A stretch of DNA of 64,000 nucleotides from Anthoceros angustus (Eukaryota; Plantae; Anthocerotophyta): the NCBI GenBank assembly GCA_010909165.1, contig MU008174.1, positions 930,001-994,000 of the forward strand, read 5' to 3'. Of the stretch, positions 12,231-25,964 are shown piece by piece (position 1 is the first letter of the stretch; every line of letters begins with the position of its first letter). Below the pieces are notes generated by a model. That model saw only the letters and a program-made list of their open reading frames with translations, was not told the DNA's origin and ran no database searches. The position numbers and the translations under genes were made by a program.

Positions 12231-12424
12231 ATTAGAAGTGCAGACAGTGTTTGTTAGGATTTGCTAAGCTTAATCCAGCGTGATCATACCCTATGGTATC
12301 TGCTACCGAAGAGGTACAACTCTTCAAACACAAGCTATAAAAGCCTACCTCTTGTAATCAAATGTTGTCAATTAGTAAAGCATTAATCTTTGATCAAAAC
12401 TCGCTTCCGCAAATACCTTTTACA
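12231..12424 (+). repeat. Copia-1 3' LTR, preceded by PPT gagagggaga (12221-12230)
   Basis: About 90% identical to 855-1049. Confidence 0.9.
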
Positions 12425-12877
12425 ACTACTAATGCTTCCGCCACTTCCGAAACTAGTTCCGGCAAACATCTCCGAAGGTTGTTCGTAAGATGAGAAAGGA
12501 CACAACGTTCTCTCGGTATTGTATTAAAGCCTACTAATGAACTAAATCCATAATCATTGTTATTAAATCATCTGCATGATGCAAAATGCTTCTACATATG
12601 CATCTCTGACTATCAACCATTGTATCTCTTCATAAAACACTTCTTTAATAATAAAAAGAAAAGTACACTGGTAATGAAATCTAAGAATTAATTCAACTCA
12701 ATTCTCTTTTCTCATTTATGCTCTAAATGCATGAAGTTTTACTTCAAAATTGGCGAGTGACATGTGAGGAGTGGTAGGTGGCAAGTGGCGAGAGAGGAGT
12801 GACAAGTGGCGAGTGATTAAAATTAAATATGTTTTTCACTATCCTTATATATACACCCTAACTCAAACGTGCTACAA

Positions 12878-13185
12878 GCTGCTACAACTCACTCAACACC
12901 CCCTCTCATTGCGGATTCACACGACATCAGTCGAGTGGAAAGATCATGACATGCTCTATCATGTGCGTGAGATATCCAACTAATAGTGAGCCCCCTATTC
13001 AGTATTTGGTGGCTTCTTCAGCTTGCGAGACACATGATTTGTGCTGTGAGTGAGAAAATTGCAAGATACCTTAGTTTTAGCGAATAGCGTTTAAAAAAAA
13101 CTATCGCTGCTACAACTCACTCAACACTCCCTCTCATTGTAGACTCACAATACATCAGTCGAGTCGAGAGATCATGATATGCTCT
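12878..13185. repeat. About 228-bp tandem repeat; its second unit is split by Copia-2 and resumes at 20254
   Basis: gctgctacaactcactcaacac at 12878 and 13106; the unit-1 continuation gctct-atcatgtgcgtgagatat reappears at 20249 onward. Confidence 0.85.
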
Positions 13186-16100
13186 TGATGAAAATCATGC
13201 TAAGCTCTAAGCATTAAGATGTTTGTATTACAATGATGAATAATAGAAAGTACAAAGCCTATTTATAGGCAAGGTGGTTAGGTGGTTACAACCATAAGTT
13301 GTTATAGCCACCAGTTAGTTGCAACTAATATAACAACTAACCTCCTAGAACAACTAATTAAATAATTACTTAATGCCCAAGAAATAAACTAATGCATTAG
13401 TTTACCTTTACTTATAAGTAAAAGTGCCCTAGTGAATAGTGCCCTAAACTTAGTGTATTTTATCACTCCCACTCACTATGAACATAGGGGTGAAAATTAG
13501 CTACAAAATGAGCCTGAATATGCTAGCAAACCTCCTACTAGATAGGAAGTTACCAGCTTAGAAAGCAAACTAAAAATTTTAAGCAGCTGACATTAAACTA
13601 ATGAATTTAAAAGTATTTCAGGAAACTAACTTAAAACAGAGGAATTCACGAAAAAGGAAAAATAAGGGGATAGTACCCCTATGGTATCCCACCCATCCAC
13701 ATCGGTTGGTGGATGGGTGGCACAGCCTCAATTATTCCCTGGGCCGTCATTCATCGGGGCAGCGCTATGCTCACACCTAGCGATGGCGACACCTTCATCG
13801 CCGAGCCTCAAGGCCGTGGTAGTGCATGTGCCCATGTGGAGGCTTGAGCTGGGTGTGTCGTGCTGCCAGCTGCCTTGGCAATGCATTCAGACCTGGCCAG
13901 CAGCCCCTGCGTATAAGGCTGTAGGCGCATTTTTGGCCAGTAATTCAGCAGGTCTCTCGCGGGCTGGCGATATTCTTGGGGCGGCTAATCTTGATTCGAG
14001 GCGCTCCATGGGGCGTTCCTATTGCTCCACAAATTGCTGATCTTTCCTTGATTGTGGTGGAAATCCGGAGGACCAGATCGGCGAAGTTCCGTCGTGGAGC
14101 TCCCCGTGTGGCAAATCAACAGTACCTTGTACTTAGCCAATGGTGATGTGTGGGTGAGTGCCGTGAGATCGAAACCGTCGCCCAAACATGGGAGGAGACC
14201 AAGTGGGGAGATGAGTTGGATCCTCCCACAAGAACTCAACATGTAGTGGTACCCATCTCTCTTCGTGAGAAGAGATTGTCACTCGTCGCCTTCAAGAAGT
14301 CGGAGCTCGAGTGAAGATGAAAATTGTGAGTGAGAAAATTGCAAGATACCTTAGTTTTAGCGAATAGCGTTTAAAAACTATCGCTACAACTCACTCAACA
14401 CTCCCTCTCATTGTAGACTCACAATACATCGAGTCGAGAGATCATGATATGCTCTTGATGAAAATCATGCTAAGCTCTAAGCATTAAGATGTTTGTATTA
14501 CAATGATGAATAATAGAAAGTACAAAGCCTATTTATAGGCAAGGTGGTTAGGTGGTTACAACCATAAGTTGTTATAGCCACCGCTTAGTTGCAACTAATA
14601 TAACAACTAACCTCCTAGAACAACTAATTAAATAATTACTTAATGCCCAAGAAATAAACTAATGCATTAGTTTACCTTTACTTATAAGTAAAAGTGCCCT
14701 AGTGAATAGTGCCCTAAACTTAGTGTATTTTATCACTCCCACTCACTATGAACATAGGGGTGAAAATTAGCTACAAAATGAGCTGAATATGCTAGCAAAC
14801 CTCCTACTAGATAGGAAGTTACCGACAGAAAGCAAACCAAAATTTTAAGCAGTGACATTAAACTAATGAATTTAAAAGTATTTCGTGAAACTAACTTAAA
14901 ACGGAGGAATTCACGAAAAGGAAAAATAAGGGATAGTACTATGGTATCCCACCCATCCACATCGGTTGGTGGATGGGTGGCACAGCCTCAATTATTCCCT
15001 GGGCCGTCATTCATCGGGGCAGCGCTATGCTCACACCTAGCGATGGCGACACCTTCATCGCCGAGCCTCAAGGCCGTGGTAGTGCATGTGCCCATGTGGA
15101 GGCTTGAGCTGGGTGTGTCGTGCTGCCAGCTGCCTTGGCAATGCATTCAGACCTGGCCAGCAGCCCCTGCGTATAAGGCTGTAGGCGCATTTTTGGCCAG
15201 TAATTCAGCAGGTCTCTCGCGGGCTGGCGATATTCTTGGGGCGGCTAATCTTGATTCGAGGCGCTCCATGGGGCGTTCCTATTGCTCCACAAATTGCTGA
15301 TCTTTCCTTGATTGTGGTGGAAATCCGGAGGACCAGATCGGCGAAGTTCCGTCGTGGAGCTCCCCGTGTGGCAAATCAACAGTACCTTGTACTTAGCCAA
15401 TGGTGATGTGTGGGTGAGTGCCGTGAGATCGAAACCGTCGCCCAAACATGGGAGGAGACCAAGTGGGGAGATGAGTTGGATCCTCCCACAAGAACTCAAC
15501 ATGTAGTGGTACCCATCTCTCTTCGTGAGAAGAGATTGTCACTCGTCGCCTTCAAGAAGTCGGAGCTCGAGTGAAGATGAAAATTTTGTGAGTTGCCTTG
15601 AGTTGGATCCTCCCACAAGAACTCAACATGTAGTACCCATCTCTCTTCGTGAGAGATTGTCACTCGCCGCCTTCAAGAAGTCGGAGCTCGAGTGAAGATG
15701 AAAATTTTGTCGGGTTGCCGATTGGAGGTCTCAAATAGTCCTTCTCTTCTAATGAGCGGATATGATGACTTGACAAGCAGGAGGAGGACTCAAATGGCGG
15801 GAGTCAAGCCGGTGTTGAAACCGCTCTTCACAAAAGCGTGTGCGAAGGAAGAGTCAAGCCGCCTCCCATGGTCAATGGTGATTTCAGACGCCAAAGGTGC
15901 CAATGATCTCCACAAACTCGCCTCTGGTAAGTTAACCTGTCTGCATGTATGCTACAAAATGATAGATAGCATGTGTACTAATGGGATGATCCATTGGCAG
16001 ATCTAGGGGTTGGTAGGCTTCAGCTGGATGAAACTGAAGACACTAGAGGAAAGTGGAAGGGCAAGAACAAGGTGGTAGCAGAGGGTGGTTGAAAAGAAAG

Positions 16101-17464
16101 TAAGTAGGAATAAATGGCATTAGGGTGCTTACTATAAGTATGCTTAATATGTCCTTCATACTCTGCACATGGGGCGTTCCTATTGCTCCACAAATTCTTG
16201 ATCTTTCCTTGATTGTAGGTGGAACCGGAGGACCAGATCGGCGAAGTTCCGCATGGAGCTCCCCGTCTGTGGCAAATCAACGTACCTTGTACTTAGCCAA
16301 TGGTGATGTGTGGGTGCCGAGTGCCGAGATCGAAACCGATCGCCCAAACATGGGAGGAGACCAAGTGGGGAGATGAGTTGGATCCTCCCACAAGAACTCA
16401 ACACAGGTAGTACCCATCTCTCTTCGTGAGAAGAGATTGTCACTCTCGTCGCCTTCAAGAAGTCGGAGCTCGAGTGAAGATGAAAATTTGTCGGGTTGCC
16501 GATTGGAGGTCTCGTCGAAGCTGTCCTTCTCTTCTAATGAGCCGGGATATGATGACTTCGACGTTGGTGAGGAGGACTCCGTGGCGGGAGTCCAAGCTGG
16601 TGTTGAAACTGCTCTTCACAAAACTGTGTGCGAAGGAAGTCCAAGCTAGCGCTCTGCTCCTGTGGTCAATGGTGATTTCGCAGACGCCAAAGGTGCCAAT
16701 GATCTCCACAAACTCGCCTCTGGTAAGTTAACCTGTCTGCATGTATGCTACAAAATGATAGATAGCATGTGTACTAATGGGATGATCCATTGGCAGATCT
16801 AGGGGTTGGTAGGCTTCAGCTGGATGAAACTGAAGACACTAGAGGAAAGTGGAAGGGCAAGAACAAGGTGGTAGCAGAGGGTGGTTGAAAAGAAAGTAAG
16901 TAGGAATAAATGGCATTAGGGTGCTTACTATAAGTATGCTTAATATGTCCTTCATACTCTGCACATGGAGCAGCTTCCAACCACACCATTTTTATTCCTT
17001 TTTTATGGCAAACATATTGTGCTGGGGCACGGTAACTTTCCTTATCCCTGTGGCATATCAAGTGGTGAACCAAGCTTCCCATTGTATGGGAAGCTTGGTT
17101 AAGAAGATAGCAGCCAGGTATCTCATATCCTGTCCTTGTTCCTTCAGGGACCACTCTTTGTGGGATAGCAATCCTCAAGTGATCTGTGCCCACACACTTG
17201 TCTATCCCTACAACCATATAGTTTTTTAAAACTTTATGCTTACAAATAGGAGCAACCTACTTAAACAACATTTAATAATTATTTTATCTATATATTAACA
17301 TAACTCTAAATTTTGTGAATAGGAGATGCCTGAGCTGGAAGCTGGGAATACTATGAAGATTATTTAGAAATAGAGGAGGAACTTGACCATTTGGACAAAC
17401 TTTGTGGCTTGTAGTTAAGGTTAACTTTTAGTTGCCCACTTAAGTTGCTCTATAGCTAGCTGAG

Positions 17465-17950
17465 TTAGGGTGGCTTAGACTTGATATCTAGTATTCCTAA
17501 ACTCTTCATATGCTTGCTACGTAAATCCCGACCTAATGATTTGGTTAATATATCGGCCGGATTTTCCTGAGTTTGGATGTAATTTTTATCTATTGTTTTG
17601 TTTTCTAACATTTCACGAATATAGTGGTATTCAATTGCTATGTGCTTTGTTCTGGAGTGGAAGACGGGAATTCTAGCTAAGGCTATGGCCTCCTGACTAG
17701 CACTGAACAAAGGTGTGGGATCATTTTGTGGATGATGGAGCTCGCTTAATGCTAACCTACTCCAAACTATATCTTTTGAGACTGAGGTTAGGACTTTATT
17801 CTCAGACTCAGTGCTTGACAAAGCAATAGTAGGTTGTTTCTTACTTGACCAAGAAATTGGAGCTCCTCGAGTAGAACATAGCGGATCTGATTTACGTGTC
17901 CTGATCATAGTCGAGATCGCATATACTTTTAAGATTAATTTGGGTATGCC
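17465..17950 (-). pseudogene. Duplicate of Copia-2 RNase H
   Basis: GAPISWSSKKQPTIALSSTE...SRTKHIAIEYHYIRE, near-identical to 19122-19620. Confidence 0.85.
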
Positions 17951-19121
17951 GGGTTTGTACTTAGCCAATGGTGATGTGTGGGTGCCGAGTGCCAGTGAGA
18001 TCGAAACCGATGCTGCCCAAACATGGGAGGAGACCAAGTGGGGAGATGAGTTGGATCCTCCCACAAGAACTCAACACAGGTAGTACCCATCTCTCTTCGT
18101 GAGAAGAGATTGTCACTCTCGTCGCCTTCAAGAAGTCGGAGCTCAGTGAAGATGAAAATTTTGTCGGGTTGCCGATTGGAGGTCTCGTCGCCTTCTTCTA
18201 ATGAGCCGGATATGATGACTGGACAAGCAGGAGGAGGACTCGTGAGTCCAAGCTGGTGTTGAAACTGCTCTTCACAAAACTGTGTGCGAAGGAAGTCCAA
18301 GCTAGCGCTCTGCTCCTGTGGTCAATGGTGATTTCGCAGACGCCAAAGGTGCCAATGATCTCCACAAACTCGCCTCTGGTAAGTTAACCTGTCTGCATGT
18401 ATGCTACAAAATGATAGATAGCATGTGTACTAATGGGATGATCCATTGGCTAGAAGGTAGGCTTCATGGATGAAATCAAGACACTAGAGGAAAGTGGAAG
18501 GGCAAGAACAAGGTGGTAGCAGAGGGTGGTTGAAAAGAAAGTAAGTAGGAATAAATGGCATTAGGGTGCTTACTATAAGTATGCTTAATATGTCCTTCAT
18601 ACTCTGCACATGGAGCAGCTTCCAACCACACCATTTTTATTCCTTTTTTATGGCAAACATATTGTGCTGGGGCACGGTAACTTTCCTTATCCCCAGGGCA
18701 TATCAAGTAGGCAGCTTTAACCAAGCTTCCCATTGTATGGGAAGCTTGGTTAAGAAGATAGCAGCCAGGTATCTCATATCCTGTCCTTGTTCCTTCAGGG
18801 ACCACTCTTTGTGGGATAGCAATCCTCAAGTGATCTGCCCACACTTGTTCATCCCTACAACCATATAGTTTTTTAAAACTTTATGCTTACAAATAGGAGC
18901 AACCTACTTAAACAACATTTAATAATTATTTTATCTATATATTAACATAACTCCTAAATTTTGTGAATAGGGTCTGTTTGGGCACTGAAGCGGGAAGCTC
19001 AGGAATACTATGAAGATTATTTAGAAATAGAGGAGGAACTTGACCATTTGGACAAACTTTGTGGCTTGTAGTTAAGGTTAACTTTTAGTTGCCCACTTAA
19101 GTTGCTCTATAGCTAGCTGAG

Positions 19122-20025
19122 TTAGGGTGGCTTAGACTTGATATCTAGTATTCCTAAACTCTTCATATGCTTGCTACGTAAATCCCGACCTAATGATTTG
19201 GTTAATATATCGGCCGGATTTTCCTGAGTTTGGATGTAATTTTTATCTATTGTTTTGTTTTCTAACATTTCACGAATATAGTGGTATTCAATTGCTATGT
19301 GCTTTGTTCTGGAGTGGAAGACGGGAATTCTAGCTAAGGCTATGGCCTCCTGACTAGCACTGAACAAAGGTGTGGGATCATTTTGTGGATGATGGAGCTC
19401 GCTTAATGCTAACCTACTCCAAACTATATCTTTTGAGACTGAGGTTAGGACTTTATTCTCAGACTCAGTGCTTGACAAAGCAATAGTAGGTTGTTTCTTA
19501 CTTGACCAAGAAATTGGAGCTCCTTTAGTAGAACATAGCGGATCTGATTTATGTGTCGGATCAAAGCATAGTCGTATCGGCATATACTTTTAAGATTAAT
19601 TTGGGTATGCCGGGTTTGTACTTGTAAGTCAATCCAGTGTGCATAGTTCCTTTGAGGTATCTGAAGATACGTTTGACTGATAGCCAATGTTCCCTTCCAG
19701 GGTTCTCTAAGAACTGTGAACATGCACTAACTTCAAAAGAAATGTCTGGTCTAGTGAAGTTGCTTAAATAAACTAGAGTGTCAACAGCATGTTTATATGG
19801 AACTGCTGACATTTCTTGCTTCTCCGTATTTGTTTTACGGTTCATATCTGAGGTGAGCCTAATGCCACTAACAAAGGGGGTAGTGGCGGGCTTAGCTTCT
19901 TCTAGTCCAAACTTTGCTAAGCTCTCTTTGATATACTTAGTCTGAACTAAGCTTAGAGTTTTGTTGCCTCTATCCCTTATAATATTGACGCCAAGGGCAT
20001 AAGTCATCTCTCCTATGTCAGTCAT
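19122..20025 (-). pseudogene. Copia-2 RT C-terminal half and RNase H
   Basis: MTDIGEMTYALGV, TRPDISFEVSACSQFLENPGREHW..VKRIFRYLKGT, ISWSSKKQ..ALSSTE, ENPADILTK. Confidence 0.92.
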
Positions 20026-21985
20026 CTAAAAATGACTTCTTAGCCATGCCTTGATTTCAGCTAGGAGAGAGAGAGAGGTTAGGTGGTTACAACCATAAGT
20101 TGTTATAACCATCAGTTAGTTGCAACTAATATAACAATTAACCTCCTAGAACAACTAATTAAGTAACTACTCAATGCCCTATAAATAAACTAATGCATAA
20201 GTAAAGGTGCCCTAGTGAATAGTGCCCTAAATTTAGTGTATTTTATCAGCTCTATCATGTGCGTGAGATATCTAACTAATAGTGAGCCCCCTAATCAATA
20301 TTTGGTGGCTTCTTCATATTGCGAGACGCATGATTTGTGATGTGAGTGAGAAAATTGCAAGGTACCTTAGTTTTAACGAATAACGTTTAAAAAAACTGTC
20401 TTGGCGTCTTTAATATTGAACTTGTCAAGTAGTTGATCCATCTAGTACTCCTGGTAGAAGTAGGAGTAGTGGTCTCAATTCATTGTGGTGCTTAAACTAT
20501 CCTCGAAGGTCCGCCTTATCTGAACGGGCGTATTGATGGGTTCAGCTTATTTATTGATAGGTTCGCATTATCTCAGATAGGTTCGCATTATCTCAGATAG
20601 GTTCGCATTATCTCAGTCGCTACACTAGTGCCAACGCCAGAAGGCGCAAACTGGCTAGTTGTTTAGAAGAGGAGGCTACATCGTAATGGCACCATCATAT
20701 CATAAAATCCATCTTAAAATTTAAATGCTTTTAGCATTATATATAATAAATCTAAGATTAGTCTAATATTTTTATTGCAGATGGCTATTCATTACCATTG
20801 GGCACATGATTGAACATGTGATGGATGTTGAATTGTGGGATCAATTGAATTTGTAGCCATTGACAATCTTGCATTTGATCTAGATCTGAACATAGCTTTC
20901 CAAATCCCTTTGATCTTAGTGTCTTCCCAGTCGATCTTATGGTAGATTGCTAACTTATTTTTGTTTATGGTAGATTGCTAACTTATTTTTGTATAACTTG
21001 TTGAAAAATTATTCGTGTCTATCGGATCACGGGTGAGATCACCTTCAACAACAACAATTTTATTGAATTTTACTAAGGATTGACATACTATCATAGGACT
21101 CGGCTCTCCAGGCAATATGCTCCATAAAGTAACCTAGGCCATGAGCACAAGAGGGTTCCACTTGCAATGAGTGTAGAGCGTTTAACTATGACATTCTTAA
21201 GGTTTATCACAGCCAAACAAATTTCTCAGGGTGTAGAAACCAAAACAAACTTATCAATTCCCTCCACAATAACAAACTTATCAATCCCCTCCACAATATA
21301 TATGATATTTTCGTAACCGAACTCGTGTATATCGGATTGCGACAAACCAACGAGTATAATTTAAAATCAAATTTCAAGCTTATGAACATATAAGGGTTAG
21401 CCGTGTTGCCCCAAAGGGTTTGGGGAGCCACCGCGGCGAAGCAGGGCATAGGGGTATGGGGCATAGGGCATAGTGCAAGGGGCATGGGGCATGGGCCATG
21501 GGTGGATCGCGCCGACATGGGCATCGGAAAGAAGTTATCGCATGGGCTTATTGACGAAGCCATACGGACACTGGAACTACAGAGCGCTCGTCTTAACGAG
21601 TTGCCGGATGGTGGCCCACTGCTTAGTGGGCCGTCCGCACTGAGTTTTCAAGGTTAAAGAGCCGCCGGCAGCAATGCTGGAAGATTCCTCTAAACGAATG
21701 ACAGACTCACGGTTTGGAATTGGGCCACGACGTTAACGTTCGAGAGTCTACATTGATCTAGGGAGATATTGCCGTTGAGAAAAACCCATCAGTCGGTTAC
21801 CAAGGGTTTGAGTGCTGGAGCCCAGGAAAACAAAGATGAGTCCTGTCAAGGATGGAGAGCCCAGCAGAAACCTGCTGAGAGACCACAGGTGACTACGTTC
21901 ACATCCTCTTGTATAACTCTATCTGCTGATGCAGTTACAATGGCTTGCCTTTAGTACCTTCTAGCAAGCCTGCTTCACCTGCTTT

Positions 21986-24900
21986 TCAAACTGGTGTGGA
22001 CACACTGGCCAGAGACTCCTTTCCAGTAACTCCAGATTGAAGGGCTCCGAAGAATTCACTGTAATCTCGTTCAGGTGGAGGATTGCTCGGGTCAACTGTG
22101 AAAGGTTGGCTAAATGGCACTGTGCTTTTCACCTGCAGCAAAAATCAGTGTAAACTAGGGCAAACGTTCAATCCACATGAGCAGAGAGCTTTGAAACTTA
22201 TCACCAGAACCTCAAAAGTCTTGCAGCACGCAGTGGGAGTAGTCAAGGCCGAGACACAGATGCGAGCAACTTCTTCTCTGGAGATCTTTCCCTGAAGGAG
22301 GAGGGAGGTAAGAGAACATAAGGACAGTTGCAACCAATTCTGCTAGCCGTGTACAGTATATGGGGACAAGAAAGTCTGGTATCCTTCTAGTCACAGTACC
22401 GTGATGTTATCTCCCTGTTCAAACAGAAGTTCAGCTCCAGCAGGCTCCTCGGTCAGAGCACATGGCCTGACTATGGTGTAGGGGATACCACTTTCCCGGA
22501 TGAGATCCTCGCCCTGCAAGAGACTTCCATGTGAAAACTTTGCATGCCAGGCTTCATTGAGCAACCTTCCGAAATGCACCCACCTTAAGCTTGAAGGTCA
22601 TTACATATCCCAGCTCTTTGTTCATACGCACAGCCGGCGGTTGCTTGCTGAGGTCCAGTCCTGGTCTGTCTGGCCTTGTGACGCCCGCAGAGCTTACATG
22701 CACAAACCTGCAACGGTCCGGGCACAAGTTAACAGCCCAGCTGCAGATGAACGAGTCTCTTCTACTGTGTCATGTGAAACCTGACCTGGGAGTGATTGGC
22801 TCCTTTAGGTACGACTTTATGCTGGCAAGTGGCAGTTCAAACGGACCAGGTTGGAAGGTGGGATTCAGCTTGCCATCGAACTCGAACTTGCTGTACATAA
22901 GCTGCCAACCGACAAGGCAATGAAGCATCAAGGCATTGTGATACAAGCGTGCACAGCCGTTTAACTCCCCGAGCAAGTTGTTGTCCTTACCTGCAAAGAT
23001 ACAATGGAAGTAGTGTCTAGGGGTGGAGAATCCTTCACTGTACGCGCACGAAAGATGGGTAAGAACTCCGAGAATGGGAGACGAATCTGCCAAGGAGAAA
23101 AGAAAAACAACATAAGACATCAAAACACCGAGCAAACAACCGATTGATCTCATGCAAATATGTCATCCCAAGATGTGCATCCTCAGAGACATTCAGGCTT
23201 ACAGATTGCCACTCTCCATTTACTGTGTCGAAGAAGGCCGTATAGCCAACTGCGTCCCATTCTTCAGTGGTCCGGATAATGAGCTTGAAACGAGACCCAT
23301 TCCCTTTGATTCGCAACTCCAGTCCTTCATATGAAGAAAGGTCCTGAGCAGGCACGAAGTTCTGCAAAATGCAAGGACCATCACAATCTTCAGTAGAAGC
23401 AATGGGGAGTAAGGAAACACGACATTGTTAATACACCAGTTGTAGCTAGACCTTCGTTCGCACACTTGCAAAACCTCCATTGTTGTCAGTTGACACAAAA
23501 CCTACATAAAAGCATTCAGCAGTTTCAGATGTTATTGGCACAATCAGTTAAACTCAGAAATCTATTCGATGTACATTCCCATGATATCGTTCCAAGAAGC
23601 CTTCACGCTCAAACATTAGGCTCGAGAACAGAAACAACCTTTGAACAGACCCACTGGGCCGCCTGTTTCCCCGCCTCCTTTGCTGATTTGCAGTGAGCTT
23701 TGACTAACTCCTCCCATCACAACATCGTCCAAAGACCCCCAAGCTGGCCCTACTGGAAGTCCACTTCCTGTGAACAGATGCATCAGCTCCAAAGCCTCAA
23801 ACAGATAACTATCTGGACTGCAACATGGGAGGACAGCTGGGTCGTATCGTACCATTGAACGAGAACAGTGTCTTGCCTTCAGCAAATCCCAGATGTTCTC
23901 TGACTGCTTCAAGGAGATTTTGCATGCCAAAATATTCTACTGCTTCCGGGGTATCACCTTTAACCTGTACCCCTGGTCAGAAACCGCAGTTGCGATACCA
24001 TAAACCAAAACCATATAGAGAAAACATAAACTACATACCTCTGGATCGAAGAATTTGATTCCCTGTCCACAAACATTGTGAAATTCCTCAGATAGTTCAG
24101 ACAGAGATAACCCACCTCCAGCCTACCATGCAATGCCTTGACAAGGGTACCTGGTAGTATTTCTGTCTGTCCGCAGTATCACCCTCCTTGGGTCCAACGA
24201 TTACTGCTGCTGCATTGATCACCTTCTTGACCCCAACAAAATACTCAGGAAGCAAGGTAGCTTTTTGTGTAATGTCTGCAGCAACCTGAAGAGTGTATTA
24301 GAATCATCTAGAACTCACAAGCAAGCAGGAAGGTCATGAACACCTACACGAGTTGAGGGCTGTCCCTGCAATGACTCCTAGCTTACAACGGCTTCAGAAA
24401 CCAGTTTCCTCAAGCATAAATGTGGACAGATTACATGGACACAGTCCGTGAGTCACACAATTGAGAAAATGCAAACCACTTACAACTTCCACATCAGGGC
24501 CCAGCAATGCTTTCGCCTTTTCCAGATTCCGGACCTGCCCAAATCTCCCAAATCTCCCGTCAGTGGAAGATACTGAAGAACTGCATCACAATCCATAGGA
24601 AATATTGACATACCAGAGCCCTGACAGCAACTCCTCTATTTCGTAGAACCTCCACTACCCGCTTTCCTACTCCTCCAGTAGCACCAGTCACAAGGACCAC
24701 TTCCTTAGTCTTGCTGGCATCCGATTTCTTGATTGGCTCAACTTTTGGACCAAAGATTTTCTCCATAGCCGATTCCACCAGCTTGTGGAATCCACACAAA
24801 CAGCCTCAGCTCAAATGCCGAGATGGGTATACACGACAACACCTTCCCGGCTCCACGAATAGACATCTCACCTTTCCTACAGAAGGTGGTTCATTGAAGA

Positions 24901-25412
24901 AAAACACAGTCTGCACAAATCTGCCAAAATCCCAAGGCTGTCGACCCCGTCTGCCCGCACAGGAGAGTAACCCGTGGACAAGGACTTGACCAAGTGCCTT
25001 CTGGAGCCCACAACCTGCACCTGCCTGTTCTTCCTTGCTACATACAGGCCTGAATATTCAGGAAGGGGACTGAAAGAAGGTCTAGTAGAAGACCCGACCG
25101 CAGCACTGGAGGGAAGGATGCAACCTACATCCGGCATCAACCCAAATGGGTCACAATCAGCAATGTTCCTCCTTCTCCCAGGAATTCTCCTTTCCACAGC
25201 CAAAAGATGAATTCCCAGAACTACTTCAGATACCTGTCCGTTCGGCTGCAGTAGGCACAGACAGGGGCCAACATGGATGCCGTCGAGAAACGAGGCGTGG
25301 TTTGCAACTGCATTGCACCAGCTGGTCCGTACAACTGGAGTACCACACTTACTCGACGAATTTTAGTCGATTCGACCACTGGAAATGCTCTGCACCTGGC
25401 TTTCTCCAGCAC
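21986..25412 (-). CDS. Plastid-type NAD(P)-binding Rossmann protein with an inserted CIA30 domain (At4g18810/UOS1-like, HCF173-related family), multi-exon
   Basis: Exons include 25412-24872, 24781-24614, 24534-24484, 24285-24151, with GT-AG introns. Motifs: WDFGRF..FFN, VLVTGATGGVGKRVV, VRNLEKAK, WGSLDDVVMGGVS, YEGLELRIKGNG, LMYSKFEFDGKLNP, FVHVSSAGVTRPDRPG, GEDLIRESGIPYTIVRPCAL, GKISREEVARIC; stop at 21986-21988. Two homopolymer frameshifts in exon 1 of this copy. Confidence 0.88.
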
Positions 25413-25964
25413 ACTAAGCCCCGATTCCCTCTGGGCAAATGCTGCATTTCATAGACTCATACCAAGTGAATTGCAGATTCAGGTGAATCCCTAGCACTCC
25501 AATGCATTGCAGGCAGTGACACAAAGAAATGTAGGATAAACCACAATCCTCACCTCAATGCGGATGAGCCGCTTTCAGTTGTATGCGATGCAACCAGGAG
25601 CTTGTGGCACCAATCCGTGTGGCTCTTATCTCCTACCCGCTCGTCTCGACACGTGGCGAGAAACGACTATCAAGTGTGATATTTTTTGTTTTGTGAAAGC
25701 AAGTGTGATAATTTCGACAAGTCATCCAGAAATTTTTGGTAACAAGGGATGGGCGAGCTCGAAAGCTTCCCCATGCATATGCAAGCTTCCAGTTCTGTTC
25801 CCCATCCTACCACTTACAGGCTGCTGTGGCTGTGTGTAACCGATGGCGGGTTGCTAAAGCGAACAAGATGCTAGATTGATCATTGACGATAGAAATGTTT
25901 AAGGCGGAATCGTACATATAGTGTCGAGATGCGGTTGTAACCGCTCTCATCAGTGCTAGCGTAA

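Larger units (their letters stand above)
855..12424 (+). mobile_element. Ty1/Copia LTR retrotransposon (Copia-1), old and degenerate, interrupted by a DNA transposon
   Basis: About 194-bp LTRs at 855-1049 and 12231-12424 (about 20 substitutions, no indels by eye), tRNA-iMet PBS at 1053-1064, PPT at 12221-12230, near-TSD actaa/actac, and INT, RT, RNaseH remnants in Copia order. Confidence 0.92.
13186..20248 (-). mobile_element. Ty1/Copia LTR retrotransposon (Copia-2), internally deleted, with staggered internal duplications
   Basis: Perfect GCTCT TSD (13181-13185, 20249-20253). LTR tgatgaaaat...ttttatca at 13186-13465 (copy at 14456-14735), PPT complement ctcccactc at 13466, truncated LTR about 20077-20248 fused to RT; gag and INT absent. 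Confidence 0.88.

Noticed and set aside
21613-21632. ggcccac-tgctta-gtgggcc hairpin as a Helitron 3' end or ncRNA
   Set aside because: No CTRR terminus nearby, no matching 5' TC end, and no tRNA/snoRNA structure.
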